DNA from: Piedraia hortae CBS 480.64
Taxonomy: Eukaryota
DNA length: 64,000 nt
NCBI GenBank assembly: GCA_010093745.1
Contig: MU005976.1
Location: 186,001-250,000 of the forward strand
Reading direction: 5' to 3'
Part shown: piece after piece, positions 47,629 to 58,999 of the stretch
How the letters are laid out: each line of letters opens with the position of its first letter
Numbering within the stretch: position 1 is the first letter of the stretch
Notes under the pieces: model-generated
Database searches by the model: none
What the model was told of the DNA's origin: nothing
Seen by the model: the letters and a program-made list of their open reading frames with translations, nothing else
Program-made: the position numbers and the translations under genes

Positions 47629-50600
47629 ATGGACGACCTGGAGCAGTTTGAGCTTCTCGGCTTGGTTGCAAAGGTGTCCAATGAAATCAACACATACACT
47701 GGAATCTCCGACAAGGCCGTCGCGGAATACATCATCGCCCAGCATGAGAAGTTTACCGACGGAGCCGCCTTTTGCGACATGGCCTGCTCGGAGTTTGGCT
47801 TCCCCGAGAGCCTTGCGCAGTCGATTGATCGCTTGGTCCGCACGCTGCATCCCCGGTTTGCGCCTGCGAAGAAAAAAGAGGTGGAGGAGGTCAAAGATGA
47901 CAAGGCTAAGAAGTTAACGGGACTGTCGCTGCCGGACACAGAGCCCCTTAGCGGTATCGATGAGCTGGATGACACGTTTGATCAGATGGAGGCTTTGGCA
48001 AAGGCTTCGAATGGAAGGAAAAGGGAACCGGAGAGGGAAACGGTCGAGAGGAGCAGGAAGCGCTACAGACGGTCACGTTCACGGTCTCCGTCGCGGAGGA
48101 ATGATGATTATGTTTTTGAGGATGATTACGGTCGTGCAAGGCCGCACGGGAGGAGTAGACGGTCGAGAAGGGATTCGTTCGAACAGCTGGATGATCAGCC
48201 CGTGCTGCACAAGATTTATTCTGGGCGCGTAACGGGCGTCAAGGACTTTGGGTGTTTTGTCAATTTGGCTGGGGTGAAGGGTAGGGTTGATGGTCTCGTT
48301 CATATAAGTGCCTTGGCGGACCATAAGGTCAACCATCCATCTGATATCGTCATGAGGGACCAATGGGTTAAGGTTAAAGTGCTCAAGGTGCAGGACAACC
48401 GCATTAGTCTGTCCATGGCCGATGTCGATCAGGAAACGGGCGAAGATCTGAAACCAACCAGAGCGGGAGCGACGGGAGCGAATGCTGTTGGCTTAAACGG
48501 TTTCGATGCTGTGCCCGTTCGGAATGGGGGGCACAAGAAGAAGAGAATGACTTCGCCTGAGAGATGGGAAATCAGACAGCTTATCGCTTCCGGCGTCTTC
48601 AAAGCATCTGACTACCCTGACTTAGACGAAGAGTTACATGCCACTGCGAATGGGGAGAAGATCGAAGAGGAGGTAGACATTGATGTGGAGGTTAGAGAAG
48701 AAGAACCGCCGTTTCTAGCCGGTCAGACTAAGCGGTCCCTGGATCTAAGTCCCATTAGAGTCATCAAAGCGCCAGAAGGAAGCATGAATAAAGCCGCCAT
48801 GCAGGGAGATATCATGGCGAAAGAGCGAAGAGATCTTCGACAACAAGAGGCGCGGGACAAGGCTGCGAAGGAAGCTGCAGAGATCAATTTAGGTCAGGAG
48901 TGGAACGATCCAATGGCAACACAACGTAGATTTGCCTCTGATCTGAAGCAGCCAAAGCCTGCAGATAATGTAATTCCGGAATGGAAAAAGATTGCCACTG
49001 GCAGAGGTGATATGGGCAAGAAGAGTAACCTGTCAATCAAGGATCAGAGAGAGGCTCTGCCCGCGTACAGGATGAGAAAGCAAATTCTAGACGCTGTCGG
49101 TCAATATCAGCTGCTGATCGTTGTCGGTGACACTGGTAGCGGCAAGACGACGCAGCTAACTCAATATCTTGCTGAGACGGGCTATGCAAACAAGGGCATC
49201 ATTGGCTGTACGCAGCCAAGACGAGTCGCTGCCATGTCTGTCGCCGCTCGCGTCGCCGATGAAGTTGGCTGCAGGGTGGGCGAAGAGGTCGGTTATACTA
49301 TCCGTTTCGAGGATAAAACCAGCGAAAGGACGCGCATCAAATACATGACTGATGGTATCATGCAGAGAGAAATCCTGCTGGATCCAACCCTGTCAAAGTA
49401 TTCAGTCATCATGCTGGATGAAGCTCACGAACGTACGATAGCGACCGATGTCCTTTTTGGATTGCTCAAAAAGACGTTGAAGAAACGGCCTGACCTCAAA
49501 TTGATAATCACATCTGCCACTTTGGATGCGGACAAATTTTCAAATTATTTCCTCCAGTGTCCCATATTGACTATACCCGGTCGCACATATCCTGTAGAGG
49601 TTATGTACAGCCGTGAGCCGGAAAGCGACTACCTTGAGGCATCCCTAACGACTGTAATGCAAATCCACCTCACAGAACCGCCAGGCGACATCCTCCTCTT
49701 CTTGACTGGTAAAGAAGAAATTGACACCAGCTGTGAGATCTTGTACGAGCGAATGAAGGCTCTTGGTCCGACCGTGCCCGAACTGGTTATTCTCCCCATT
49801 TACGGAGCCTTACCCAGCGAAATAGCAAGCAAGATCTTTGAGCCGGCGCCGCCTGGAGGCCGGAAGGTCGTTATTGCAACCAATATTGCCGAGACCAGTA
49901 TCACCATTGACGGCATCTACTTTGTCATAGACCCAGGCTTCGTGAAACAGACCGTCTACGATGCGAAACTTGGCATGGATCGCCTACAAGTCACGCCAAT
50001 TTCCCAAGCGCAGGCAAAGCAACGTGCCGGTCGTGCTGGCCGCACCGGTCCAGGAAAATGCTTCCGTCTCTATACGGAGTCCGCCTTCACCAACGAACTC
50101 CTCCCCACCACAATCCCCGAAATCCAGCGTCAAAACCTCGCCAATACCATCATCATGCTCAAAGCCATGGGCATCAACGACCTTTTAGGTTTCGATTTCA
50201 TGGACCCACCGCCCACAAACACGATGCTCACTGCACTAGAAGAGCTTTATGCTCTGGGAGCCCTAGACGACGAAGGCCTCCTCACGCGTCTGGGGCGCCG
50301 CATGGCCGATTTCCCCATGGATCCCTCCCTATCCCGCAGCCTCATCACCTCCGTCGAGCTAGGCTGTTCGGAAGAAGTCCTTTCCATCGTCGCGATGCTC
50401 AGCGCAGTGCAAACCGTCTTTCACCGCCCCAAAGACAAGCAAGCACAAGCCGATGCCAAAAAGTCCCGCTTCCACGACCCATCAGGAGACCACATCACCT
50501 TACTAAACGTCTACGCGTCATGGAAACAATCCGGCTGCGCCGAGCCCTGGTGTTTCGAAAACTTCATCATGCCGCGTGCCATGCGTCGCGTCGAGGAAGT

Positions 50601-51105
50601 CCGCAAACAAATCGCCCAAATCTTTACCCGCCATAAACTCCCCCTCGTCTCCTGCCTCGGCGGAGCCGGTATTAACTGCCGCAACGGTGCTCGCACATCA
50701 GACTCGGGCTCCACACCCATCCGCAAAGCTCTCTGCGCGGGCTTCTTCCGCAACAGTGCGCGCCGCAGCCCAGCGGAAGGCTACGTCACCCTCGTCGGAG
50801 GCACGAACGTCTACATGCATCCTTCGTCTGCCCTCTGGGGGAAACATGCGGAACATGTTATTTACCATTCGCTCGTGGAAACGACGAGGGAGTATATGCA
50901 TAATGTGTCGCTGATTGAGCCAAAGTGGCTTGTTGAGGCGGCGCCGAGGTTTTTCAAGATTGGGGGGCAGGATGGGGGGTTGTCTAAAAGGAGGGCGGAG
51001 CAGAGACTGGATCCGCTTAGTGGGAGATATGGGGAGAAGGGAGACGAGTGGAGGCTTTCTGCACAGAAGAGAGCTACGCGTGGAGGTGGAGGGACTTGGG
51101 GGTAG
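47629..51105 (+). CDS. PRP22: Pre-mRNA splicing DEAH-box RNA helicase Prp22 (DHX8)
   Basis: S1 domain, RMTSPERWEIRQLIASG, GDTGSGKTTQ, TQPRRVAAMSVA, DEAH, SAT, QRAGRAGR, HA2 and OB fold. Intronless. Confidence 0.97.
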   Translation: MDDLEQFELLGLVAKVSNEINTYTGISDKAVAEYIIAQHEKFTDGAAFCDMACSEFGFPESLAQSIDRLVRTLHPRFAPAKKKEVEEVKDDKAKKLTGLSLPDTEPLSGIDELDDTFDQMEALAKASNGRKREPERETVERSRKRYRRSRSRSPSRRNDDYVFEDDYGRARPHGRSRRSRRDSFEQLDDQPVLHKIYSGRVTGVKDFGCFVNLAGVKGRVDGLVHISALADHKVNHPSDIVMRDQWVKVKVLKVQDNRISLSMADVDQETGEDLKPTRAGATGANAVGLNGFDAVPVRNGGHKKKRMTSPERWEIRQLIASGVFKASDYPDLDEELHATANGEKIEEEVDIDVEVREEEPPFLAGQTKRSLDLSPIRVIKAPEGSMNKAAMQGDIMAKERRDLRQQEARDKAAKEAAEINLGQEWNDPMATQRRFASDLKQPKPADNVIPEWKKIATGRGDMGKKSNLSIKDQREALPAYRMRKQILDAVGQYQLLIVVGDTGSGKTTQLTQYLAETGYANKGIIGCTQPRRVAAMSVAARVADEVGCRVGEEVGYTIRFEDKTSERTRIKYMTDGIMQREILLDPTLSKYSVIMLDEAHERTIATDVLFGLLKKTLKKRPDLKLIITSATLDADKFSNYFLQCPILTIPGRTYPVEVMYSREPESDYLEASLTTVMQIHLTEPPGDILLFLTGKEEIDTSCEILYERMKALGPTVPELVILPIYGALPSEIASKIFEPAPPGGRKVVIATNIAETSITIDGIYFVIDPGFVKQTVYDAKLGMDRLQVTPISQAQAKQRAGRAGRTGPGKCFRLYTESAFTNELLPTTIPEIQRQNLANTIIMLKAMGINDLLGFDFMDPPPTNTMLTALEELYALGALDDEGLLTRLGRRMADFPMDPSLSRSLITSVELGCSEEVLSIVAMLSAVQTVFHRPKDKQAQADAKKSRFHDPSGDHITLLNVYASWKQSGCAEPWCFENFIMPRAMRRVEEVRKQIAQIFTRHKLPLVSCLGGAGINCRNGARTSDSGSTPIRKALCAGFFRNSARRSPAEGYVTLVGGTNVYMHPSSALWGKHAEHVIYHSLVETTREYMHNVSLIEPKWLVEAAPRFFKIGGQDGGLSKRRAEQRLDPLSGRYGEKGDEWRLSAQKRATRGGGGTWG

Positions 51106-51899
51106 GCGAGAGATGCTTCGCGGAAGGGATGCAGATATTGTGTACAGGTTCTGGGTGTTGCGGAGTGGAGACTGGTTGCATATGGGAAAATGAGGAGAAA
51201 TGTAACTAAGTTATTGAAGTTTAACGTGCCAACAAGCATGGAGGGCGGTTCAATGAAAGTGCGTCGTTCAATGGATGCCTATCCTTGGGAGGTTGTGTAA
51301 CGTCTGACTTGCGCGCATCTGATCACTGTGGCCCATTCGTAGCAGGTGGTGAGAACATCTTCCCACGGATAGTGTCTAAAGTCTCTTTCAAGAGCAACCC
51401 GTAACGACTCTCCGTGCCTTTGATGGGACTTGTAGGTATTAGCAAGAAGGTACATTCAGACAATGATGAGATATGCTCAATACGCTTGCATTGAAACAGT
51501 GTGTCATCCAACCTGCAGTCAGCCCACGCCGCCGGCCTACCCTAACTTTGCAAGACATGCGGATATGTAGAGCATATCATAGTTCTACAGGCTAATGCGA
51601 GGTTGGCTGTGTCTTTTGTTTCACCTTTGTTCCGCCACTAAACTTTTTCATATGATAGTAGGGATGTCAAGCCACGGACTTTTTTGTCACCGTTAGAGGC
51701 TCCTTTTGCGGATGCTGATGATAATGAATCAATTGAAAGTGCTATCTGGTTTCCTTGCGGGCCAATGAGCATTAATGTCAATGTTTGCTGTCGCGAGCAA
51801 AGTTTCACATCCGGCTGTCGCCGGAGGTATGTTAAAATCCCGCCTTCTCCACGCTCGTTATCTACTTCGGTGCTCCTGTTGGTGGAAAGCTTACCATGA

Positions 51900-53520
51900 T
51901 CATGATGAGGCGCTTGGAACGCCTCTATACCGCTCACGTCCTCCCGTTCATCCGTCAAGGCCACTCGAAACCGTTCAAGGACCTCTGTGCGTAGAAGCCA
52001 TCTGGCGGCGTATTGAACTTTCTCTTTCTATTGTAACAGGACCTTTAGGAGCCGGTTAATACCTACAGTCTCCATCAGTCATCTCCGAGCTTCGGCCAGG
52101 TTGGGGCAGAAACCGAGAATATAATCCAAAGTCTGCTTTTGCTGCCCGCAGGTGCACGCCGGGTGTACACCGGGGACGCCAATCCGGGCCAACCACTCGA
52201 TAAGCCCCAGGGCTTCTGTGCGAAGCAGGCAAAAGGCGGTTACATCGTGCTTGGTCAGTCCGTTGTAAAAGTCCAGGGCACGGACTTTCCATGGCGTCTT
52301 CCAGGTGGCTGCTCTACTTCACGCCGTCTCTGTTTTCTTTTCCCACCTCCTTTCCCATTCCTCCTCGAAGAACTCCTCTGCATAACACTTTATTTCCATC
52401 GTTGCCATACGGCGCAGGTCTACCCTCTGGCACAGTGACCGTGCGGCTTGGCAGACAGCCATCAAGTTGGTGCTTGGCAGACATTGGTTGTTGTGCCTCC
52501 GTCTGCCGCGACATCTCCCAGCAAAGTGTGTGACCGCGGTCCAGACCTTGCCAAGGGCCCTTTCGATGTCCATCGTCACTTCGTCGGTCCGGCTCTGCAC
52601 GGCTTTCTTCGTAGCCAAGGTCTGTAGATAGAGGTCAATGGGGGCGATATCTGCCTCTCGCTCGATTGCAGCAGTAGGCGTCCCGTTTATAAGTGCCTAT
52701 GATTTTCCTGATGCATTTGTTCTGCACGTTCGCCAGGGGTGTTATGGAACTGTTGGGAATTGGTTTGCCACCTTTCGCGACAGCCCAGACCTGTGAACAG
52801 TACGCTATGATGGGCCTTGTGACGGCAGTGTACAAAATCCGTGAGCTCCGCACCGACGGTCCCCACGCGGAGGATGTCATGCGTGCCATGGCTTCAAAGG
52901 TCTTTAGGCCCTTTGCCGCCGCTATTTCGATGTGATCTTCTCAAGAGAGGCGCGGATCCAGCCAAACCCCCATAACCATAACGAGCTTGGGGCGACGAAT
53001 AATTTCACATCCTCCGTTGTAGGAAAACCCGTTGCTAGAACCTGGTCTCGTCGCATTGTTTATCCCACGACAACCGAAACCTTGCCTTCATCTCTTGGGT
53101 GCGGAATAATGGCCTTGGCATGCGGTATCGATTGCTAATCATTTTGAGTTTTTCTTCCGCTGTCTTTTCAGCACCTTCCTGATTGTTGAGTCGCACCTCA
53201 ACTGTGGCAGTTGCTTTGCCTTTGCCCACCACTTGACTCCATAGAGGCTTACCCGACATCACTTGGCCAGCAATAGGAGGGGTCACCGGTGCTCCCTTCT
53301 CCTACTTGTCGAGCTGTTTGGTGACAATGTCCAGCTTGTCTTGTACGGTCCCGTTCGTAGTCACCATGTTCTTACATGCTGCATTTTGGTTCAGCAGAGA
53401 CCGTGGGCGTTATGCGCGTGTCCGGAGACCACAACGTTACCCTCCCCACCAAGGCTTTCCACAATTGATTCCAAGTGTCCCATGATCTTTCCGAGCATTT
53501 GAGCTCTGTTTGTCCCCATC
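51900..53520 (-). mobile_element. Decayed, internally deleted non-LTR retrotransposon (Tad1/I-group LINE)
   Basis: Post-RT motifs MGVWLDPRLS*EDH and WGPSVRSSRILYTAVTRPIIAYCSQVW. C-terminal GLTK...LLRTEALGL..WLARIGVPG.HPACTCG..QTLDYILGFC knuckle. Gag-like 5' part (KPLWSQVVGKG). No endonuclease or RT core. Confidence 0.85.
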
Positions 53521-55278
53521 TTCTCTGTTTCTGCGCCTCCGACGCGTGTTCCTCAGCTTCGCTTAGCCGGACACGTCAGACCCTCTAAGACCGCCACTCC
53601 CCGTTCCCGCGCTATCCATGGCAGGCAACAGGCAGAATCCCTTCTTCTTGACCTCCTACACTCTTCTATCGCAATCCGTCGCAGGAAATGGTTCTTGTAA
53701 GCGGGTCACGTGATCACGTAATGTTCTTGCGGATACTACTGTAGCCCATGATCGGGGTCAATGGCGTCCCAAAAACATCCAAATTTGCGCTAGCTTAAGC
53801 GTCATTATGCAAATTTGCTGCAAAGATGCGCAAAGTCACACTCCCAAATCCATACTTGGATACAAATTTACAATCTTACGTGGTTAGAACGCTCTTCGAG
53901 CAGGTAATGCCCAACGTGAGATTTCGTACGCTTTTTCAGCCAAGTTCCACGTGGGGTAATCGTACGTGAGGATGGGGCTGCTGATGCGAGGATTCGTATG
54001 AAGAGTCATCAATCGTATGACCGTAAGCAAGTGGTCATACATGCAGTCTAACTCCATGGCTCACCTCAAACAGTAGCAGGGCGCATTTACCATGTCGCAT
54101 GCGACATGACCCTGAGGGAAACCTCTGAGGACAAAACCTAGGGCGCAGCTGGTGTAGAGGTGTCGTGCAGTGGCATCGTACATTCATGGCAACGAGGCTT
54201 CATGCCATCAGATTCAACAATGTTCTCGTTAGAGCGATGCCCATAGTTTTGCCCAACCTAAACGTCGATATATATATCGATGTCAGGGGCTGTCTTGGAA
54301 CATGCGAATGTCGGTTTGATACCATCGAGCTACACAACGAGCTCGATGGATGAAAGAGAGAATGTGTGGCGGTGAAATAGACAAGAAGACGGTAAGCCAT
54401 GGAGTCTCGGTAGAAAAAGGAGGGTGGAAGTGAGTGTCTATGTATGAGTGTGGAGAGCTGACGCTGCGAACATGCCTCGCAGGACCTTACCGAGACCACA
54501 CGATGATGTGACCTTGTCGAAGGTTAAAACCCTCCTGGGGGGTAGGAAACCATGCGAAGCTTCTGTCACCCTATTTAGACCCAGGACCCACCATGCTAAT
54601 AATGGCATTGCTGCAGTGTGTCATCCAGCCTACAGCCAAACCACATAGCCAGTCACCTATCACGCGGCAAAGCCTACGCATACATATGCTATGTTTCACC
54701 TTTGTTCCGCCATCAGACTATTTCCTGTCCATAGAACGCCCTTCAACTCATGTGAAACGACAAAAGAGGATAAGGCTCAACATGAGGATTTGTCAGCTTT
54801 TTTTCTCCCAATCCTAAGAATGGGGCTGTTTCTGCGGGGAAACGTCGATTGTGGCTTGGTGCGGCTTACATAGCCTGCTAGGCCGTGACCGCTACGTCAA
54901 GCCACAACGAAGTTGAGCTTATTCATCAGCTGGAGCTAATGATCCAACCAAGAGACAGCTTTGTCAATCACGCTATGGTCAGATTCGTATGCAGACATCC
55001 ACCCATTGACTGTATTTCAAAGATCGGGCCGTGCATACAGGCAGACTGACAGTCTGATGTGGTGGTGGGAAGCCTACAACGCCTCATGCTCGAACACGCC
55101 TTGACTATGATTGGTGGCACAACTGTCCTGCATCCGAGCTTAGAATTTCTACTGGGCTGAAACCATGCAGCCGCAGCCTCTAGGGTCCGGTCAATTGGGG
55201 CTGAGCACGTCGCATTCCAGGATTTCTGATTCTCGAAACTTATAATGGAAGGGCTTTGGAAAAGTATCCAACCCCACG

Positions 55279-56873
55279 ATGAGCGCTGCTGGCAAATCTC
55301 CGTCTACACGTTCCACGAGCCCACGGTAAAGTTGAACAAATAAATTGCACCAGGAATGTTGGCATTGACTTGTGCAAAGGAACAAATATCCGCCAGAATG
55401 TCCGGATGGATTGATGTGCGATCGATCAAACTGCTGTCCATACACAACTTGGCCGATTCCAAATGATGAAAAAAGGCATCTTGAAGCACCTATCCCTTTG
55501 TCGGTGCGGTCTGGAGGCGATACTGAGTCTACCACTGAGAAAACGCCTTTAAGTGATCCACATCGAAGAAGCAAAAAATGTGGGCTGTCAAAATTGTATC
55601 TCATCTTGATACTACTTGTTGTCTCTGCAGTAATAGCACTAGCTGTTGGACTCGGGATGGGCTTGGGAACAATGAGGAAAAGGTACTATTGTTTTACTGT
55701 GGTTATAGTATCAAGCACTAACGAGCACAGCTTGGCAGATAACTCAACATCTAATCTGCCGTCTAATACCTCAACATCTAATACGACTGGATCAACTTCC
55801 GAACCTGATACTGGGCCCTTTGGCTGCAAAGAACTGGCAAACTCCAACGAGAGCGCATTGAGTGGCTCAGGAATAGCACTGGTTGCCCACTCTCATGAAG
55901 GCTTTGATCCTGACTATCCTGCGAGACTATTTTACCAAGATACCAAAGGTCGCCTTCGTCAAAGAAAACTGGTAGGTGAGAGGTCGTGGAGCGACGAGAT
56001 GCTGCCGGAGGTCTACGCCAAGATGAACACACCGCTGACTGCAGTGGCCAATTGGCCTGGAATCCATCTCTTCTGTAAGCTGATTGCGAAACATCTAGCA
56101 AGACTTTTCAACTAACACTGCGGCAAGATTTGGATCAAGACTCTCAGGTACAGGAGTGGATTATCAAGAATGAAACCACAGTCCATAATGGCCCCCTCAA
56201 CACTTTAAACCCTCCCGTCGGACTAGCATCCAGTCGAGCAATGCAAGCTTGCGGGTTCGGCTACTGGACTACGCGCAATGGCGAATCAACCATTATGCCG
56301 GGAATCACCCTCTACTTCGCATCCAACGAAACGACTGTAGATTCATGGCTCTACATGAACAGTACCTGGCAATACCGCAGCTCAATTTCGAACGTAAACG
56401 CAAGCGCCGGAGTACACTGTTATCATAAAGGCGGCAGTTCAGAAACGAAACTCTTATTCACAAGTGCCGACGACTGCCTCGAGGTTTGGACCGACAACTA
56501 CAATCAATCCTTGCCGACAAAGGACTGTCAGGTCCCCACTCCCGCGTCGTTCACCAATCATGAAACGTACATCGGTGCCAGCGACCAGTTCTTCTACACC
56601 CAGGACGACCAAAACAGGATCTTATATCGCAATGTCACGCTCAGCGATGATCAGAATTGCAATGAAACGGTTTCTTTTGCCGAGAATCCCGTACCCGTGA
56701 GCAACACGCCCGCGATACCGGGAACGAGGCTGAATCAGGTTCGTTTGGCAAATGTTAGCGGACAAGATTGGCCTTTGGTCGCTTTTCAGACTGAGAGGCA
56801 GGGTGTGGATGTGTTCTCATTTGACAACGGTTATTTTACTGGTGGTGCAAATGTTCTCAAATGTGAAGTTTGA
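55279..56873 (+). CDS. Single-pass membrane protein with a fungal fucose-specific-lectin-like beta-propeller ectodomain; introns 55326-55379, 55683-55730, 56075-56127
   Basis: TM segment LYLILILLVVSAVIALAVGLGMGLG, Ser/Thr linker, propeller-type motifs SGIAL..., RLFYQDTKGRLRQ, AKMNTPLTAV, IHLFY|LDQDSQVQEW, ITLYFAS. Three frame-preserving introns with branch points. Confidence 0.65.
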
Positions 56874-57722
56874 GTTGTTGTTCTTGAAACTGTAAAATGC
56901 TTGCAATGTGTACAGGTTTAGTGGTTTCCTATTGATCTAATGCCGTAGTTAAGTATTCTGTCTCGAAGTCTGTAGTCACTGCCTTCGCATCAGCCAGCAA
57001 ACTGAGTCTCGGCACGTGAATTCTGTTGGAGGACCTGGCAAGGCTTCATAACGTTTTAGCCTCCAAGGAAAAAAACTCTCTCCGAAACTAGTCAGTGCGT
57101 GCTTGGTGACGTGGTCTCAGCGAAAGCGGTGATGTTCCGCCCCTCACTCCACTCCACTTCACCTCACGTCCACCTTTCGGATGACCAGACACCTGCAAAC
57201 CTGTCGTTCCTGTAGGTTCACTTCCACAATTGGATATTTCACCTCCGATCACTTGTAGGCTAGGGAGTATGTACGAGACGAAGATCACTTATCTCGTCGG
57301 CCCTTCAAATGGAACACGCCGATGTGGCCGCTGGCTGGCACACTTGAGAGAATCACGTGCAGACTATAGGGCTGGACGATAATATTCTATTTTAGGAGGC
57401 ACTGATGTGAGCTAAAGTTTGCAGCGAGGTTCACGGATCATTCTGTTCCATCTCAAGTACGGAGCATAAATCAAACAGACAATTGTAGTTTTGGCCATGA
57501 CTTGGCACCGTGGGCTGAAGGAATTATCACAGAGACTGGACAATTCTTGAATCAACCTGCTACTTCAGGTCTTTCAAATTTCCACGCTCACAAGCATGCG
57601 AAATGCAACACAGTCGAATTCTGGATCAAAGAGTGATTGGACCTATAGGTCGCTACACAACCCCTATCGAGAACGTCAAGAGCAAACTTCGTCACACTTC
57701 AATGACACATAACTCCTCCCTC

Positions 57723-58445
57723 TCAACCCGCCTTCGCAAACCCTTTCAAAGCAGCCAAGCCCGCCGGGAAGACGTCCGAGTCACCCCCAAACTTATTCTT
57801 ATCATTCGTCTGCCAAAACGTCACCTTACTCCACCCACCCGGCAGGGAGGGGAGGCTCGACGTCCAACTCGCCAACCAAAGCGGATTCGTATCCTTGAAC
57901 GCCGTCGACCCTCCCAAGCACTCATTCCACCAAGACTTATTAATATACAGCACCGGATACCTCTTCGTCAAACTATGGTACTCATCCGAGAACTTCTTGA
58001 CCCACGAAACCGTGATTCCATTGCAGCGGCTGCTGGACGTGCCCTCAAGATCCAGAGCTCCAGGAAGGGTGATTCCATCAGCAGTCCAGCCGCCTCCGTG
58101 CTTGACAAAGAACTGGGCCTGCGCGACAGGATCCTCGGAACCGTGAGCAAAGTGATATGAGCCACGGATGAAGCCTGCCTTGGTGGCGTCGGTGTATTGC
58201 TTATCAAAGGACGAGCTGCGGTAGGTCGTTCCCTCGGTGGCTTTAATGTACACAAATTGGAGACCACCGCTGTGTGCAGAGGCGAAATTGACGTTAGGCT
58301 GGAAACTGGAAACGTCGAAGCCCTGGACGCTGGCACGCTCAACGAGGGTAGTGTTTCCCTCTTCGGAGAGGTCATCAACTTCTACAGGGGTGGGCGCGGC
58401 GAGCGCGGTGGCCAGGAAGAAAGGCGTGAATATGGAGTACTTCAT
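57723..58445 (-). CDS. Secreted GH25 lysozyme (Chalaropsis-type N,O-diacetylmuramidase)
   Basis: Signal peptide and propeptide, then VQGFDVSSFQ, YIKATEGTTY, IRGSYHFA, GGWTADGITLPGALDLE (DxE), PLWLASW. Intronless. Confidence 0.95.
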   Translation of the reverse strand: MKYSIFTPFFLATALAAPTPVEVDDLSEEGNTTLVERASVQGFDVSSFQPNVNFASAHSGGLQFVYIKATEGTTYRSSSFDKQYTDATKAGFIRGSYHFAHGSEDPVAQAQFFVKHGGGWTADGITLPGALDLEGTSSSRCNGITVSWVKKFSDEYHSLTKRYPVLYINKSWWNECLGGSTAFKDTNPLWLASWTSSLPSLPGGWSKVTFWQTNDKNKFGGDSDVFPAGLAALKGFAKAG

Positions 58446-58999
58446 ATTTGTGATTGATGGACAAGTGATTGATGATGAATTGCTCGGTGTTGTGGATGGA
58501 GAAGAAGCAAGGGACGAGAGGTGAGTTTATATACCCACTCTGGTCACATAATCATGACTTCTGGCCCTTGACCTGGGTTCGGGGCCGAGTTGGTGGCTAC
58601 ATACCACTTTCACGAACAAATTCAATGCATCAAGCCTCTGTTGGTCCCAGATCAACACGATTATGGCCACTAGCAAGGCACACGTGCAGCACGTGCAATT
58701 CCTATCTGCAGGTGCAATTTCGTTTCCAGACAATTGCCTTTAACAGACCTTCGCCTGTGGGCCCCCTTGGCTTCATCCACGATGCCATGAAGTGAACTGC
58801 ACCTGCAATTTAGCACTTTATTCGAGAACTTACCAGGCGCAGACTGTTATTGTTGGACGGCGCCTACGCGTTAACATACCGCAAGTCGGAATATTGTTCG
58901 ATTCTACCCTGAACTACGTAGGGCGCTAAAAGTGGGTAACACGGGCCGAAACGAGCCGACCCGTACGAGTCTCAGGTCAGAGCCCATCCATGGTTGAGT

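Noticed and set aside
25412..51239. Many antisense and alternate-frame ORFs over GEA, PAT1, KRE2, BCP1, EXO84 and PRP22, plus upstream GTG/TTG extensions of the KRE2, BCP1 and EXO84 ORFs
   Set aside because: Shadow ORFs of GC-rich coding DNA; the ATG at the homologous start was used instead.
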